A program made the position numbers and the translations under genes. The notes under the pieces were generated by a model. It did no database searches, was not told where the DNA came from, and was given only the letters and a program-made list of their open reading frames with translations. A stretch of DNA of 64,000 nt from positions 3,488,001 to 3,552,000 of the forward strand of contig OZ220744.1 of the NCBI GenBank assembly GCA_965116925.1. The letters are read 5' to 3'. The DNA is from Candidatus Poribacteria bacterium (GTDB lineage: Bacteria > Poribacteria > WGA-4E > PCPOR2b). Positions 31,669 to 41,570 of this stretch are shown here, one piece after another (positions within the stretch are counted from its first letter, which is position 1; each line of letters opens with the position of its first letter).

Positions 31669-32634
31669 ATGCCATACCACGATGAAGGATTCGGAGATAC
31701 CGAATTTGACCCCAAAAACAACCCACATGACAGAAAAGTGGTCGAGCGATACGGCGGCAAGAAAGCAGCAGCGCAACTCAAGAGCAATAAGCAGGGCAGT
31801 TTTCCGAGCGCGAAAGATTGGGCAAAGATGTTTATACCGCAAGCCAACGATCCGAATCATGTAAAAGCGGGTAAAATTATCACCTTAATTACCGCTGCGG
31901 CTGCCGGCGCACATTCGTTTTGGCCCGCTGCTGCGACACCCGCTGCTGCGACGCCACCAGCTTCAACACCATCGGCAAGTCCGGGAGAAGTGTTTGGTCC
32001 CCCCGCACCGGCAGAGGTGCCTACAGACGGAACCGATTGGGGCAAAGCCATCTCGGATTTTGCCAAAGAGAACTGGAAAGAGATCGGCGATACCGTCCTC
32101 AGTGCAGGTAACTGGATCTACGACCAATTGACCACATCTCCAAAAGAGGCACTGGAACAGGAATTCCACGCCTCACGGACAGAACGGCTCCTGGATCTCA
32201 GACGGCACGCACGCGGCGATTTCTCACAAAGCGAACGGGCAGCAATCATGAAGGCTTACGAACCCGTCTACCGCCGCGTATTACGCAATTTAGCCACCCG
32301 CGGCATCTCCGGTGCCGCTGAAGCCCAAATCCTGGCTGAAACAGAACAAGCCCCGTTCCTCATGGCGCAACAGCACGCAATCGCGCAACTCGATGCTTAC
32401 GAATTGGAAAGCTTCAAACTCCTCCATGAAATGACAGAGGACGATCCCAACTTTTTCGACATGACCCAACAACTGATTCAGAAATGGGGCAAGGTAGACG
32501 GGATGACCGGTGGGCAAGACACAGAATTGGCACGACTCAACCAAGAGATTAACCGTCTAACCCACGCTGTCACTGAATACGAAGAACTTGTCAACGAACT
32601 AAAAGGAGATCAAGATAATGCCACCCCCCGGTAG
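31669..32634 (+). CDS. Putative internal virion (ejection) protein
   Basis: Ala/Gln-rich and helical; NLATRGISG; follows the nozzle gene. Confidence 0.45.
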   Translation: MPYHDEGFGDTEFDPKNNPHDRKVVERYGGKKAAAQLKSNKQGSFPSAKDWAKMFIPQANDPNHVKAGKIITLITAAAAGAHSFWPAAATPAAATPPASTPSASPGEVFGPPAPAEVPTDGTDWGKAISDFAKENWKEIGDTVLSAGNWIYDQLTTSPKEALEQEFHASRTERLLDLRRHARGDFSQSERAAIMKAYEPVYRRVLRNLATRGISGAAEAQILAETEQAPFLMAQQHAIAQLDAYELESFKLLHEMTEDDPNFFDMTQQLIQKWGKVDGMTGGQDTELARLNQEINRLTHAVTEYEELVNELKGDQDNATPR

Positions 32635-32707
32635 GTGCGGTTTGCAACCGCACCGGTTTGGAGTGTCTCATTAATTCCAATATCCACTATAAAAGGAGAT
32701 CAAGATA

Positions 32708-33655
32708 ATGGCAGCTGAAAGAACCGTTGACCGAAACATCGTCAAAGCCACCTTGGCGGCAGGACTACACGCCGCTAACAGTTACGCCGATTTCAAACTC
32801 GCCCAACTCACCGAGCGGGACGAACGCCAGAAGGAGATGCGCCGCTATAATCTGGACAAGGCACGCGCCCGCATCAACAATCAAAAATCTACCATCAACG
32901 CGCTCTCTAAACAGGTCGAAGCAATTAACGCAGACCTCAAGGAAAAGAAGAAGCACCGGGCACTCGGCATCGAAGAGGCTCCACTCGCAGAGACGGACAC
33001 CACGACGGCACCGAGCACGGAGGTTGACCGGAAAACCGCCGAAGCGGTTGAGAAATATATCGCGATGAATGCAGCATACGCCCGCCACGGACTTATCTCA
33101 CCCGACACACAGAAACAGTTAGACCAAGTAATCAACCAATTCATGAACAGCACAGGCAGTGAGCAAGTCTACCGTAATTTGATCGATGTCCGCCCACTCT
33201 TTGAGACCCTCGAAACCTACAAAGACAACTTGGACCCAGCCGCCGCACCGCGGATTGACGGCGCGCTCCGTAAACTCCTTGCGCCTGATAGTGTGGCGAT
33301 GCAAGGTGAAGTTGAAGCCTACAGCGCGCATCGCGGCTACTACGATGAGCTCCTGGAATTACGCAAACGGTTAAAAAGCGGATCCGCACTCACGCCACAG
33401 GAACGAAAGAGCGCGTACAAATTAGCCCAAGCCCTCCAAGAGTTCTATATCGACGAGGCGAACACGCTCAAAGAGATATTGGTGGAACATATTCAAGCAT
33501 TAGGCATACTTGGCATCACAGACAGCAACGGGCAGAAAATCCTATCAGCCGATCCCGATTTCCTACTGTCCGCTATTGACATGTCTCAATTCGACTTGAG
33601 TGAGCCTGCGCTTGGGGACGATGGCGATACAACCGAAGAGGCAACCGAGGCATAA
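32708..33655 (+). CDS. Putative internal virion protein / helical hypothetical protein
   Basis: Coiled-coil rich; good RBS; synteny. Confidence 0.4.
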   Translation: MAAERTVDRNIVKATLAAGLHAANSYADFKLAQLTERDERQKEMRRYNLDKARARINNQKSTINALSKQVEAINADLKEKKKHRALGIEEAPLAETDTTTAPSTEVDRKTAEAVEKYIAMNAAYARHGLISPDTQKQLDQVINQFMNSTGSEQVYRNLIDVRPLFETLETYKDNLDPAAAPRIDGALRKLLAPDSVAMQGEVEAYSAHRGYYDELLELRKRLKSGSALTPQERKSAYKLAQALQEFYIDEANTLKEILVEHIQALGILGITDSNGQKILSADPDFLLSAIDMSQFDLSEPALGDDGDTTEEATEA

Positions 33656-33839
33656 GATGCAGCGGGAAACCGAGTTTTTTCTTGAAAACTCGGTTTCTGT
33701 TGCACCATAAGAAACCGCAAGAAAATTGTAAGATCGGAAAACTGGCGGTGAAAGTTCCATCCAACCTTCCCTGCTTTTCTTTTCTTTCTTCCTCTTTTTT
33801 TAATATTTTACACTTTATTCTGACATAACCCCACACAAA

Positions 33840-34307
33840 ATGTACAAACTCACCACAGACCGACAAAACCAACTCTGCGCCCTAATTGCAGAGGGTATGA
33901 ATAAATCAGAAGCCTCCACTGCCGTAGGGATTAGCCGGAGAACACTGAATAACTGGTTAAAAAAAGGCGCAGCGAAACAGACCGAGCGGTATACAGAATT
34001 TTATAACGCATACCAACTCGCGGTGCAGGTATCGTATCAAAAGCTTTGCCGACAAGTCCTTGAGGACGATATCCAGATACGCACAGAACTGGACGCAAAC
34101 GGGGATGTGCTGAAGACTGTGAGGACGGAAACTCGATCGTGGCGGCAGGCAGCATGGCTACTCGAAAAACGGTTCCCACACCTGTTTCGCGAGCAGATCG
34201 AGAAACCACCCACACCAAAGGACACGCCGCAGCCACCCAACTACACCGCTCTCAGTGCACTAATCAAACAGTTTGAAGAGGAAAATGAAACGCAGCGTGA
34301 AACGTAA
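33840..34307 (+). CDS. HTH protein, terminase-small-subunit-like
   Basis: EASTAVGISRRTLNNWLKKG helix-turn-helix plus SWRQAAWLLEKRFP. Confidence 0.55.
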   Translation: MYKLTTDRQNQLCALIAEGMNKSEASTAVGISRRTLNNWLKKGAAKQTERYTEFYNAYQLAVQVSYQKLCRQVLEDDIQIRTELDANGDVLKTVRTETRSWRQAAWLLEKRFPHLFREQIEKPPTPKDTPQPPNYTALSALIKQFEEENETQRET

Positions 34308-34334
34308 TGCGTGAAGAATTGCCAAATCGGCGGA

Positions 34335-34424
34335 CGCTCATGTTAAGATTGAGTGTAAAGAAACCGAGTTTTTTCGGCAAAACTCGGTTTCTCTTCGTGC
34401 TTTGCACTTTTTTTTATATAAGCC
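34335..34424. mobile_element. MITE, reverse orientation
   Basis: Perfect 8-bp target duplication TCGGCGGA. Confidence 0.75.
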
Positions 34425-34748
34425 TCGGCGGAAAAGCAACCGAATTGAGGCGGTTGAAGTGCTACCCAGCCGAACCGAGCGCGGCGATATGGTCCATATC
34501 CACTACCCGACACACCCATATCTGCGGGAAAAATGGGAAAATTTGAACCAAGATCCCCACCTGCCCTCAATGAAATCGACTCAACCTGCGAACCAATCCC
34601 ACAGTTTGGGGTGAACCCTAGTAAAACCCCAAAAGTAGTAGGCACACGCCGTGTGCCGTAACCCTAATGAACCAATAAACTAACCCAATTAACCCGGTCT
34701 AAATCGCTAAATCCAGACCATACCCCAAAGAGAGCGAGGCATCACCCA

Positions 34749-35462
34749 ATGCGATTCAATTCTGCGAGACCAATAAAAGCCCTTACTCCGAAAGAGCAAG
34801 AAGGACTGCGGGAGCTGCTTTTTCCTAAAGAGCAGCCAGAAGTATTTGCGAGGAGCGGGAAGGATAGTAGCCCGGACGGATTCCATGCGTCGAATACAGA
34901 CGACAAACCCCGTAAGCTGTATTCATGGGAGATAGACACAGCACGGAACTTTTTCGGAGATATGATTGACCTCGAGCGCGTCAGAATTTCGGAAAACAGC
35001 TGGTTGGCTCACAAAACGTACGAAGATAAGTCGGCGATAACGATCTACAACACGATCCATGGCATCAGTATGCAAGATCACACCTTCATCCACGAATTAG
35101 CCCATGTCTGGCAGTATAACAATGTTCGCATCTCACTCCTACCGGCAGGTGCTACACAACTCACAGCAAGATTAATAGGTCAGACGGATGAGTTGTACGA
35201 TTATAACGTTGACCCCGTCGGGGACCCGGATCGGAAAACCTTTCGCGAATACAGTTTTGAAGAACAAGCCGCGATCCTCGAAGATGCTTACTTGGTTACC
35301 GTTGAGAATAGTCTACCAATACATAACAAGGATTACAAGGGTGGACTCTTGTATCCGAATGAAGACCTTTTGCAGCTATATCACCTCTTCCTGTACGAAT
35401 TTCGGCAGTGGCATGAGGAACTGCAATCGAGTCGTTCAAATTCTACTCTAGAAGAAAATTAG
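34749..35462 (+). CDS. HEXXH zinc metallopeptidase-like protein (DUF4157/VgrG2b-C-terminal-like putative effector)
   Basis: EIDTARNFFGDMIDLERVRI, FIHELAHVWQY, YSFEEQAAILED. Confidence 0.7.
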   Translation: MRFNSARPIKALTPKEQEGLRELLFPKEQPEVFARSGKDSSPDGFHASNTDDKPRKLYSWEIDTARNFFGDMIDLERVRISENSWLAHKTYEDKSAITIYNTIHGISMQDHTFIHELAHVWQYNNVRISLLPAGATQLTARLIGQTDELYDYNVDPVGDPDRKTFREYSFEEQAAILEDAYLVTVENSLPIHNKDYKGGLLYPNEDLLQLYHLFLYEFRQWHEELQSSRSNSTLEEN

Positions 35463-35473
35463 GAGGTAGCAAA

Positions 35474-36010
35474 ATGTTAAGGTGTCTTGTCGCGCTAGTC
35501 GGTCTGCTCATAACAAGTGGCTGTGTAATTATGGCGGGAGATCCTAGCATGCACCCCCATTCAAAAATAATGACACCGACATTCTGTCTCCACGATGGAA
35601 ATTCAGAACCCCTGCCAATAACAGGAATTACGGTGATTCGGGCTGAGAAGGTCAATAACGAACGAATCGAATGGGTCGAATCAGGTCCGCCTGCATGGTA
35701 CGGGTTGTGGAGGGGAGGCGACCAATTGGCGTGGGTTTTGGAATACGCGCCCGATGGCTCTGACCCACCCCCCAACACCTACGCTTGCATCACCTACGGT
35801 AAAGCACTGCCGGGATACAAGGAGAAAACTCCCGCTTTGCCCTTAACCCCGGAGAGACTTTATCGCGTTGAAATTGAGCGCGAAGATGCTACCTCGTACG
35901 TGAAGATGTATTTTATCATCCGCTTAGATTTGATAGGTAGACCCGTCAAATTGGAATATATTCCATCATACCTCCAACCGCGCGATGTTCAAGTGATAAC
36001 TCAACCATGA
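35474..36010 (+). CDS. Lipoprotein, family A copy 1 (putative immunity protein)
   Basis: Lipobox ITSGC; PTFCL...CITYGK..PGY...PERLY. Confidence 0.65.
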   Translation: MLRCLVALVGLLITSGCVIMAGDPSMHPHSKIMTPTFCLHDGNSEPLPITGITVIRAEKVNNERIEWVESGPPAWYGLWRGGDQLAWVLEYAPDGSDPPPNTYACITYGKALPGYKEKTPALPLTPERLYRVEIEREDATSYVKMYFIIRLDLIGRPVKLEYIPSYLQPRDVQVITQP

Positions 36011-36045
36011 AGGCGTTACAACTCCCTAAACGCCTTCGATAGCCC

Positions 36046-36077
36046 GTAGGTTGGGTTGAGCGATAGCGAAACCCAAC
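36046..36077 (+). repeat. REP palindrome family A (GTAGGTTGGGTTGAGCGATAGCGAAACCCAAC), representative copy
   Basis: Copies or variants near 18572, 23690, 28074, 29214, 37728, 38820, 41418, 42395 and 59763. Confidence 0.85.
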
Positions 36078-36172
36078 ACAATCAACCAATGAACTAATGA
36101 ACCAATCCAGATCATACCCCAAAGAGAGCGAGGTATCACCCAATGCGATTCAATTCTGCAAGGAAATATCCA

Positions 36173-37108
36173 ATGAAAACCGTCAGAATCATACTCCTCG
36201 GATGCCTAGCAGCCGTGTGGATTGTCGCCTGTGGTCAGGACACGGCGGAGCCACCGAGTCCCGACCCAGCAGATTCACCGAATAATGAGGAGCATGTCGA
36301 ATATGGGTCAGTTATAATCGCATTGTGGAATGTACTGGGGAAACACCCCTCTGACGCTACAAAGGATGAATTGGAAGCGGTGACTCATCTACAGGTGAGA
36401 CCGTTGTTCTACCCATTTATCGACCCGCATGAACTCGATTCATTAGCAGCGTGTGTCAACTTGGTGGAGTTAGAAATAGTGGCCATGGGTCTATCCAACG
36501 AGCAGTTTGTGGTGTTCGCATCATTGACCAAGCTGGAGTCGTTGAAGCTGCGTGGAAACAACATTACTGACCTCTCACCGATTGCGAAATTAACCAATCT
36601 GAAGACGTTAGATATTTCTTCAAACCCCATCGCCGACCTCCGGCTCCGTCCCCTATTCGAGTTGCCCAACCTGACCGCGTTAAATGCCTCTAGCATCGGA
36701 CTCACCGATCTCCGTCCGATTGCAGACTTGGTCAACCTACAGCATCTGGAGCTCTCGGGCACCGACATTGACGACATCAGTCCAATTGCAGACTTGGTGA
36801 ACCTACAGTCTCTCCGCTTTTCTACCGGTGACATTGACGACCTCACCCCATTTGCAGGATTGATCAATCTACGGCACCTGGATCTCTCTTTCAATGACAT
36901 TGACGATCTCACCCCGCTTGTGGGATTGGTTCAGCTAGAGACACTCAATCTGAATAACAACAGGATTGTAGATATTCAGCCATTACTAGATAACAGAGGG
37001 ATTGGGGCTGGCGATGAGATACAACTCAAAGCCAATAAGTTGAGCGACAGGTCACGCAATCAGCACGTTCCCGCGCTTGAAGCACGCGGCGTGACCGTCA
37101 TGTGGTGA
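36173..37108 (+). CDS. Internalin-like leucine-rich-repeat lipoprotein
   Basis: Lipobox IVAC; 22-aa LxxLxLxxNxIxDL repeats. Confidence 0.85.
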   Translation: MKTVRIILLGCLAAVWIVACGQDTAEPPSPDPADSPNNEEHVEYGSVIIALWNVLGKHPSDATKDELEAVTHLQVRPLFYPFIDPHELDSLAACVNLVELEIVAMGLSNEQFVVFASLTKLESLKLRGNNITDLSPIAKLTNLKTLDISSNPIADLRLRPLFELPNLTALNASSIGLTDLRPIADLVNLQHLELSGTDIDDISPIADLVNLQSLRFSTGDIDDLTPFAGLINLRHLDLSFNDIDDLTPLVGLVQLETLNLNNNRIVDIQPLLDNRGIGAGDEIQLKANKLSDRSRNQHVPALEARGVTVMW

Positions 37109-37149
37109 GCCACCTCTTCCTATCTGACACACAATTAGGAGGTAACAAA

Positions 37150-37692
37150 ATGTTAAGATATCTTATCGCGCTAATCGGTCTGCTCGTAACAAGTGGCTGT
37201 GTAACTATAGCAGGGGATCCTAGCCTGCACCCCTATTCAGAGATAATGGCACCGACATTCTGTCTCCACGATGGAAATTCAGAACCCCTGCCAATAACAG
37301 GAATTACGGTGATTCGGGCTGAGAAGGTCAATAACGAACGAATCGAATGGGTCGAATCAGGTCCGCCTGCATGGTACGGGTTGTGGAGGGGAGGCGACCA
37401 ATTGGCGTGGTCTTTAGAATACGCGCCTGACGGCTCTGATCCACCAGCGAACACCTTCTCTTGCATCACCTACGGTAAACCCCTGCCGGGATACAAGGAG
37501 AAAAGTCCCGCTTTGCCCTTAACCCCGGAGAGACTTTATCGCGTTGAAATTGAGCGCGAAGATGCTACCTCGTACGTGAAGATGTATTTTATCATCCGCT
37601 TAGATTTGATAGGTAGACCCGTCAAATTGGAATATCTTTTCCTACACACCACAGTCCAAGCGCGCGATGTTCAAGTAATAACTCAGCCATGA
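37150..37692 (+). CDS. Lipoprotein, family A copy 2
   Basis: Near-identical to 35474..36010 over most of its length. Confidence 0.7.
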   Translation: MLRYLIALIGLLVTSGCVTIAGDPSLHPYSEIMAPTFCLHDGNSEPLPITGITVIRAEKVNNERIEWVESGPPAWYGLWRGGDQLAWSLEYAPDGSDPPANTFSCITYGKPLPGYKEKSPALPLTPERLYRVEIEREDATSYVKMYFIIRLDLIGRPVKLEYLFLHTTVQARDVQVITQP

Positions 37693-37944
37693 AGGCGTTA
37701 CAACTCTCTAAACGCCGCCGCTAGCCCGTAGGTTGGGTTGAGCGGTGAGCGCGAAATCCAACGCCCTAAAAGTAGTAGGCATACGCCGTCCCGATAGATC
37801 GGGATTCAAAGCAATATGCCGTAACCCCTAAAGTAGTAGGCACACGCCGTGTGCCGTAACCCCTAAAGTAGCAACATGGCGACCCCGATGCCGAATCGGG
37901 ATCTCACACCTATCTCCATAGCGTCCTAACCAAGGAGCAATACA

Positions 37945-38781
37945 ATGAAAAAACAACGACGCGTCTCTATAATGACGGGCATCGGCTGCCTGTTGGTACT
38001 GTTAATTATTGCTTGCAGTGATGATGTCGATGACGACAATTACGATGATCCCGATCCTCCCATAATTGAGTATACCGTCTTTGAAAAGGCGTTGGCAGAA
38101 GCAGTGGGGAAAGTGCCGGGTGAGGAAATCACCCCAGACGAATTGGCAACCTTGACCCACCTTAGGTTTCCTCCTCCCCATTTTTCCAATCTTTTCTTTG
38201 GAGAGCAAAGCATAGAGTTGTTGGCGTATTGTATCAACCTGAAGGAGTTAGATCTTTATGGGCACCAAATCGTCGACTTCAGTCCATTGGCGGGATTGAC
38301 TCACTTGGAGCGGTTAAATCTTTCGCTCACTGAAATCTTTGACCTTGAGCCGCTGACCGGGCTGGTTAACCTCCAGAAACTGGATCTCTCTTGGAATCGG
38401 GTAAACGACCTGACTGCTTTGGCTAGCATGATTCAGCTAAAGAAACTTAACCTCCGAGGCAATCAGATTCGCGATATAACGCCTTTGGCTGGTATGGTTC
38501 AGCTAAAGGAGCTTGACCTCCACGACAACCAGATTCGCGATATTAAGCCGTTAGCAAACTTAACTCAGATAGAAAAGTTTTATCTCCATAATAATATGAT
38601 TGTGGATCTGAAGCCGCTGGTAGATAACCCCGGGCTGGTTAATACCAATCCTGTACACCTTGAGGGGGGCTTCGAGTGGCGGGCAGATGTTGTCACAGTA
38701 CGCGATAATCCGTTGAGCGATGTTTCACGTAACGTATACATTCCCGCGTTAGAAGCACGGGGGGTAATTGTACGGCAGTAG
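37945..38781 (+). CDS. LRR lipoprotein
   Basis: Lipobox IIAC; internalin-type LRRs. Confidence 0.85.
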   Translation: MKKQRRVSIMTGIGCLLVLLIIACSDDVDDDNYDDPDPPIIEYTVFEKALAEAVGKVPGEEITPDELATLTHLRFPPPHFSNLFFGEQSIELLAYCINLKELDLYGHQIVDFSPLAGLTHLERLNLSLTEIFDLEPLTGLVNLQKLDLSWNRVNDLTALASMIQLKKLNLRGNQIRDITPLAGMVQLKELDLHDNQIRDIKPLANLTQIEKFYLHNNMIVDLKPLVDNPGLVNTNPVHLEGGFEWRADVVTVRDNPLSDVSRNVYIPALEARGVIVRQ

Positions 38782-38908
38782 ACGAGAGCAGTTTGTCACA
38801 GAGCCTCTTTTTCAAGCCCGTAGGTTGGGTTGAGCGATAGCGAAACCCAACACAATGAACTAATGAACCAATCCAGACCATACCACAAAGAGAGCGAGGT
38901 ATAACCCA

Positions 38909-39682
38909 ATGAGATTCAACCATACTAACCCAACAGGGCGCGGTTTCAAAGCACTTCGAGATATGCTCCTTACTGCGGAAGAGCGAGAAGTATTTCGGAG
39001 ACCACTACCGGGTAATTTTCCACCAAATCAGGTTCCTTCTGTGGAAAATCCTATAAAGATTGACCCGGATCCGAAAGCAGGTTGGGGACCGCAATGGAAT
39101 AATTTTTCCCAACTTGATTCCCGGTTTCCAAACGATCAAGAAGCCACAGCCTTGATATTTACTTTTGGGGATACGGTGGGCAAAATCCTCATTGATACCA
39201 TAAAAATCAGGCAAGGAACCGGAGAGACTGACGATAAAACCGAAGTGTTACTACACAAAAATTATAAATCGGAAGAACTCGCTTGGCTGGGAATTTTTAT
39301 CTATAAAGCCACGCGTGTATGGCAAGGGGAGGTAGGGCTTTACCACCAACGGAAGGGGCAGAGGGATTATAATTACAAGCAATTATACGCCTTAAACCTC
39401 AACGGTAAGCAGCACGCAGAGGCAGCGAAACACTGGTTCTACGTGAGTTATGGTAATGTACACCGTCTAATTGGTTCTGGTGCTCAACGATTGACGCTCG
39501 ATGAGCTCTGGAAAATGATTCTCCCTGTCCTAGGACTTGATTTCCAGCACAAAAAGTGGTTTGGCTATAGGGTTACCGATTTGCAACAGGTTGTCAGCAA
39601 TCACTACGGGTGTGTTATTAAAGAAATACGAGACGCAAACAAATTTTATAGACTTGGTCAGAACTTCCCAAATCCCTTCTGA
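38909..39682 (+). CDS. Metallopeptidase-like protein with a degenerate active site
   Basis: Aligns with 39886..40500, but HEAVH is replaced by YKATR. Confidence 0.6.
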   Translation: MRFNHTNPTGRGFKALRDMLLTAEEREVFRRPLPGNFPPNQVPSVENPIKIDPDPKAGWGPQWNNFSQLDSRFPNDQEATALIFTFGDTVGKILIDTIKIRQGTGETDDKTEVLLHKNYKSEELAWLGIFIYKATRVWQGEVGLYHQRKGQRDYNYKQLYALNLNGKQHAEAAKHWFYVSYGNVHRLIGSGAQRLTLDELWKMILPVLGLDFQHKKWFGYRVTDLQQVVSNHYGCVIKEIRDANKFYRLGQNFPNPF

Positions 39683-39885
39683 TTTTTGGGAGAGGAGGGT
39701 TCTGTGCTGCCCGAATGAAGCAATATCGCAGCGACAGATTGTCCAACCTGTAATCGTGAAGAATGTTGGGTTGAACGCCAGTGAAACCCACACACTAGGT
39801 TTAATGAACTCATGAACCAATCCTATTAACTCGGTCTGAATTACCCAATCCAGACCACACCGCAAAGAAAGTGAGGTATAACCCA

Positions 39886-40500
39886 ATGGAATTAATCTGT
39901 ACTGACCGAAACGGGTTCCGGCGTGTGAATAATCGAGAAGCGGATGCCTTGAGATATACTTTTGGGGTAAGCGTAGGAAGCTTCTTGGTCGATATTATAA
40001 ATATTGAGTATGATCCGACGTTGGCTAAGATTAGCAAAAAGGGACGGGTCAGAACTGATAGGGAAATTCAAATGCGGTCAGATTATAATCCGGAAAATCT
40101 ACAGTGGTTGGGAGTTTTTATCCATGAAGCAGTGCATATATGGCAACGAGAGACAGATCGGCACCTGGAAGGTAAAGGTGGGAAGGATTATGAATATGGT
40201 TACACGCAGCTACCCACCTTAAAACTCAAAGTAGAGGAACACGCGAGGGCAGTGCAAGACTGGTTCTATGTGAATTACGGTATCAAATATGGTCTGATTG
40301 GTGCTGGTGTCAATCAAATGACTTTTGAGAGTATCCAGAAGTTTATCCTCAAGGCTATGGGTTTTGATCCCGACGATAATCTTGGGAAAGATGATGTGCT
40401 GCGGTTTGTTAAGCATTACTATGCGCGTCTCATTGAGGAGATACGGAACCCAGACCACCTGCCGAAAAGTACTCGGCCGAAATCCCCTAGATTTCCCTAA
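39886..40500 (+). CDS. HEXXH metallopeptidase-like protein
   Basis: WLGVFIHEAVHIWQ, VEEHARAVQDWF. Confidence 0.7.
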   Translation: MELICTDRNGFRRVNNREADALRYTFGVSVGSFLVDIINIEYDPTLAKISKKGRVRTDREIQMRSDYNPENLQWLGVFIHEAVHIWQRETDRHLEGKGGKDYEYGYTQLPTLKLKVEEHARAVQDWFYVNYGIKYGLIGAGVNQMTFESIQKFILKAMGFDPDDNLGKDDVLRFVKHYYARLIEEIRNPDHLPKSTRPKSPRFP

Positions 40501-40614
40501 GTTCTTGTAGGGGGGCCTCCTGCATCGTCCCCAGCACACCTCCGTCGTGCATCTCCTGACTGAGAGCCGTGCAACGATGCAAATTCGTCAGCATCCTAAC
40601 CTCGGAGCGATACG

Positions 40615-41379
40615 ATGAAAAAACAACGACTCTCTTGTATACTAACGTACATCGGTTGCCTGTTGATATTGTTAATGGCCGCCTGTGGCAATGATGCCGA
40701 TGATAACAACAATGATTACGATGATCCCGATCCTCCCATAATTGAGTATACCGTCTTTGACAGGACATTGGCTGAAGCAGTGGGGAAGGTGCCCGGTGAG
40801 AAAATAACGCCAGCCGAATTGGCAACCCTGACCCATCTTACGTTTCCTCGTCCCCGCGATCCCGGTCCTTCCTTTGAATGGCAAAGCATAGAGTTGTTGG
40901 CGCATTGTATCAACCTGAAGGAGTTAAATCTTTATGCACACGGAATCGTCGATTTCAGTCCGTTGGCGGGGCTGACTCGCTTGGAGCGGTTAAATCTTTC
41001 GTTCACTGGACTCTCCGATCTTGAGCCGCTCGCCGGGCTGGTCAACCTCCAGACGCTGAATCTCTCCATAAATGAGTTAAGAGATTTGACCGTTTTGGCT
41101 GGCATGATTCAGTTAAAGGAGCTTCACCTCTACGACAACCAGATCCGCGATATTACGCCGTTGACAAACTTAACTCAGCTAGAAAAGCTATATCTCGATA
41201 GAAACATGATTGTGGATCTGAAGCCTTTGGTAGATAACCCTGGACTGGTCGATGACACCCGTGAAGACTTCGACTGGGCGGGAGATACCGTCACAGTGAG
41301 TGGTAATCCTTTGAGCGACCTTTCGCGTAACGTATATATTCCCGCGTTGCAAGCGCGGGGGGTGAATGTACGGCACTAG
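40615..41379 (+). CDS. LRR lipoprotein
   Basis: Lipobox MAAC; LRRs. Confidence 0.85.
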   Translation: MKKQRLSCILTYIGCLLILLMAACGNDADDNNNDYDDPDPPIIEYTVFDRTLAEAVGKVPGEKITPAELATLTHLTFPRPRDPGPSFEWQSIELLAHCINLKELNLYAHGIVDFSPLAGLTRLERLNLSFTGLSDLEPLAGLVNLQTLNLSINELRDLTVLAGMIQLKELHLYDNQIRDITPLTNLTQLEKLYLDRNMIVDLKPLVDNPGLVDDTREDFDWAGDTVTVSGNPLSDLSRNVYIPALQARGVNVRH

Positions 41380-41570
41380 GCGGGATCGGCTTGGCACAAC
41401 ACTTCTTTTTCAAGCCCGTAGGTTGGGTTGAGCGACAGCGAAACCCAACGCCCTAAAAGTAGTAGGCACACGCCGTGTGCCGTAACCTTTGTACAAGTAG
41501 CAACATGGCGACCCCGATGCCGAATCGGGATGTCACACCTATCCCCATAGCGTCCTAACCAAGGAGCGAT

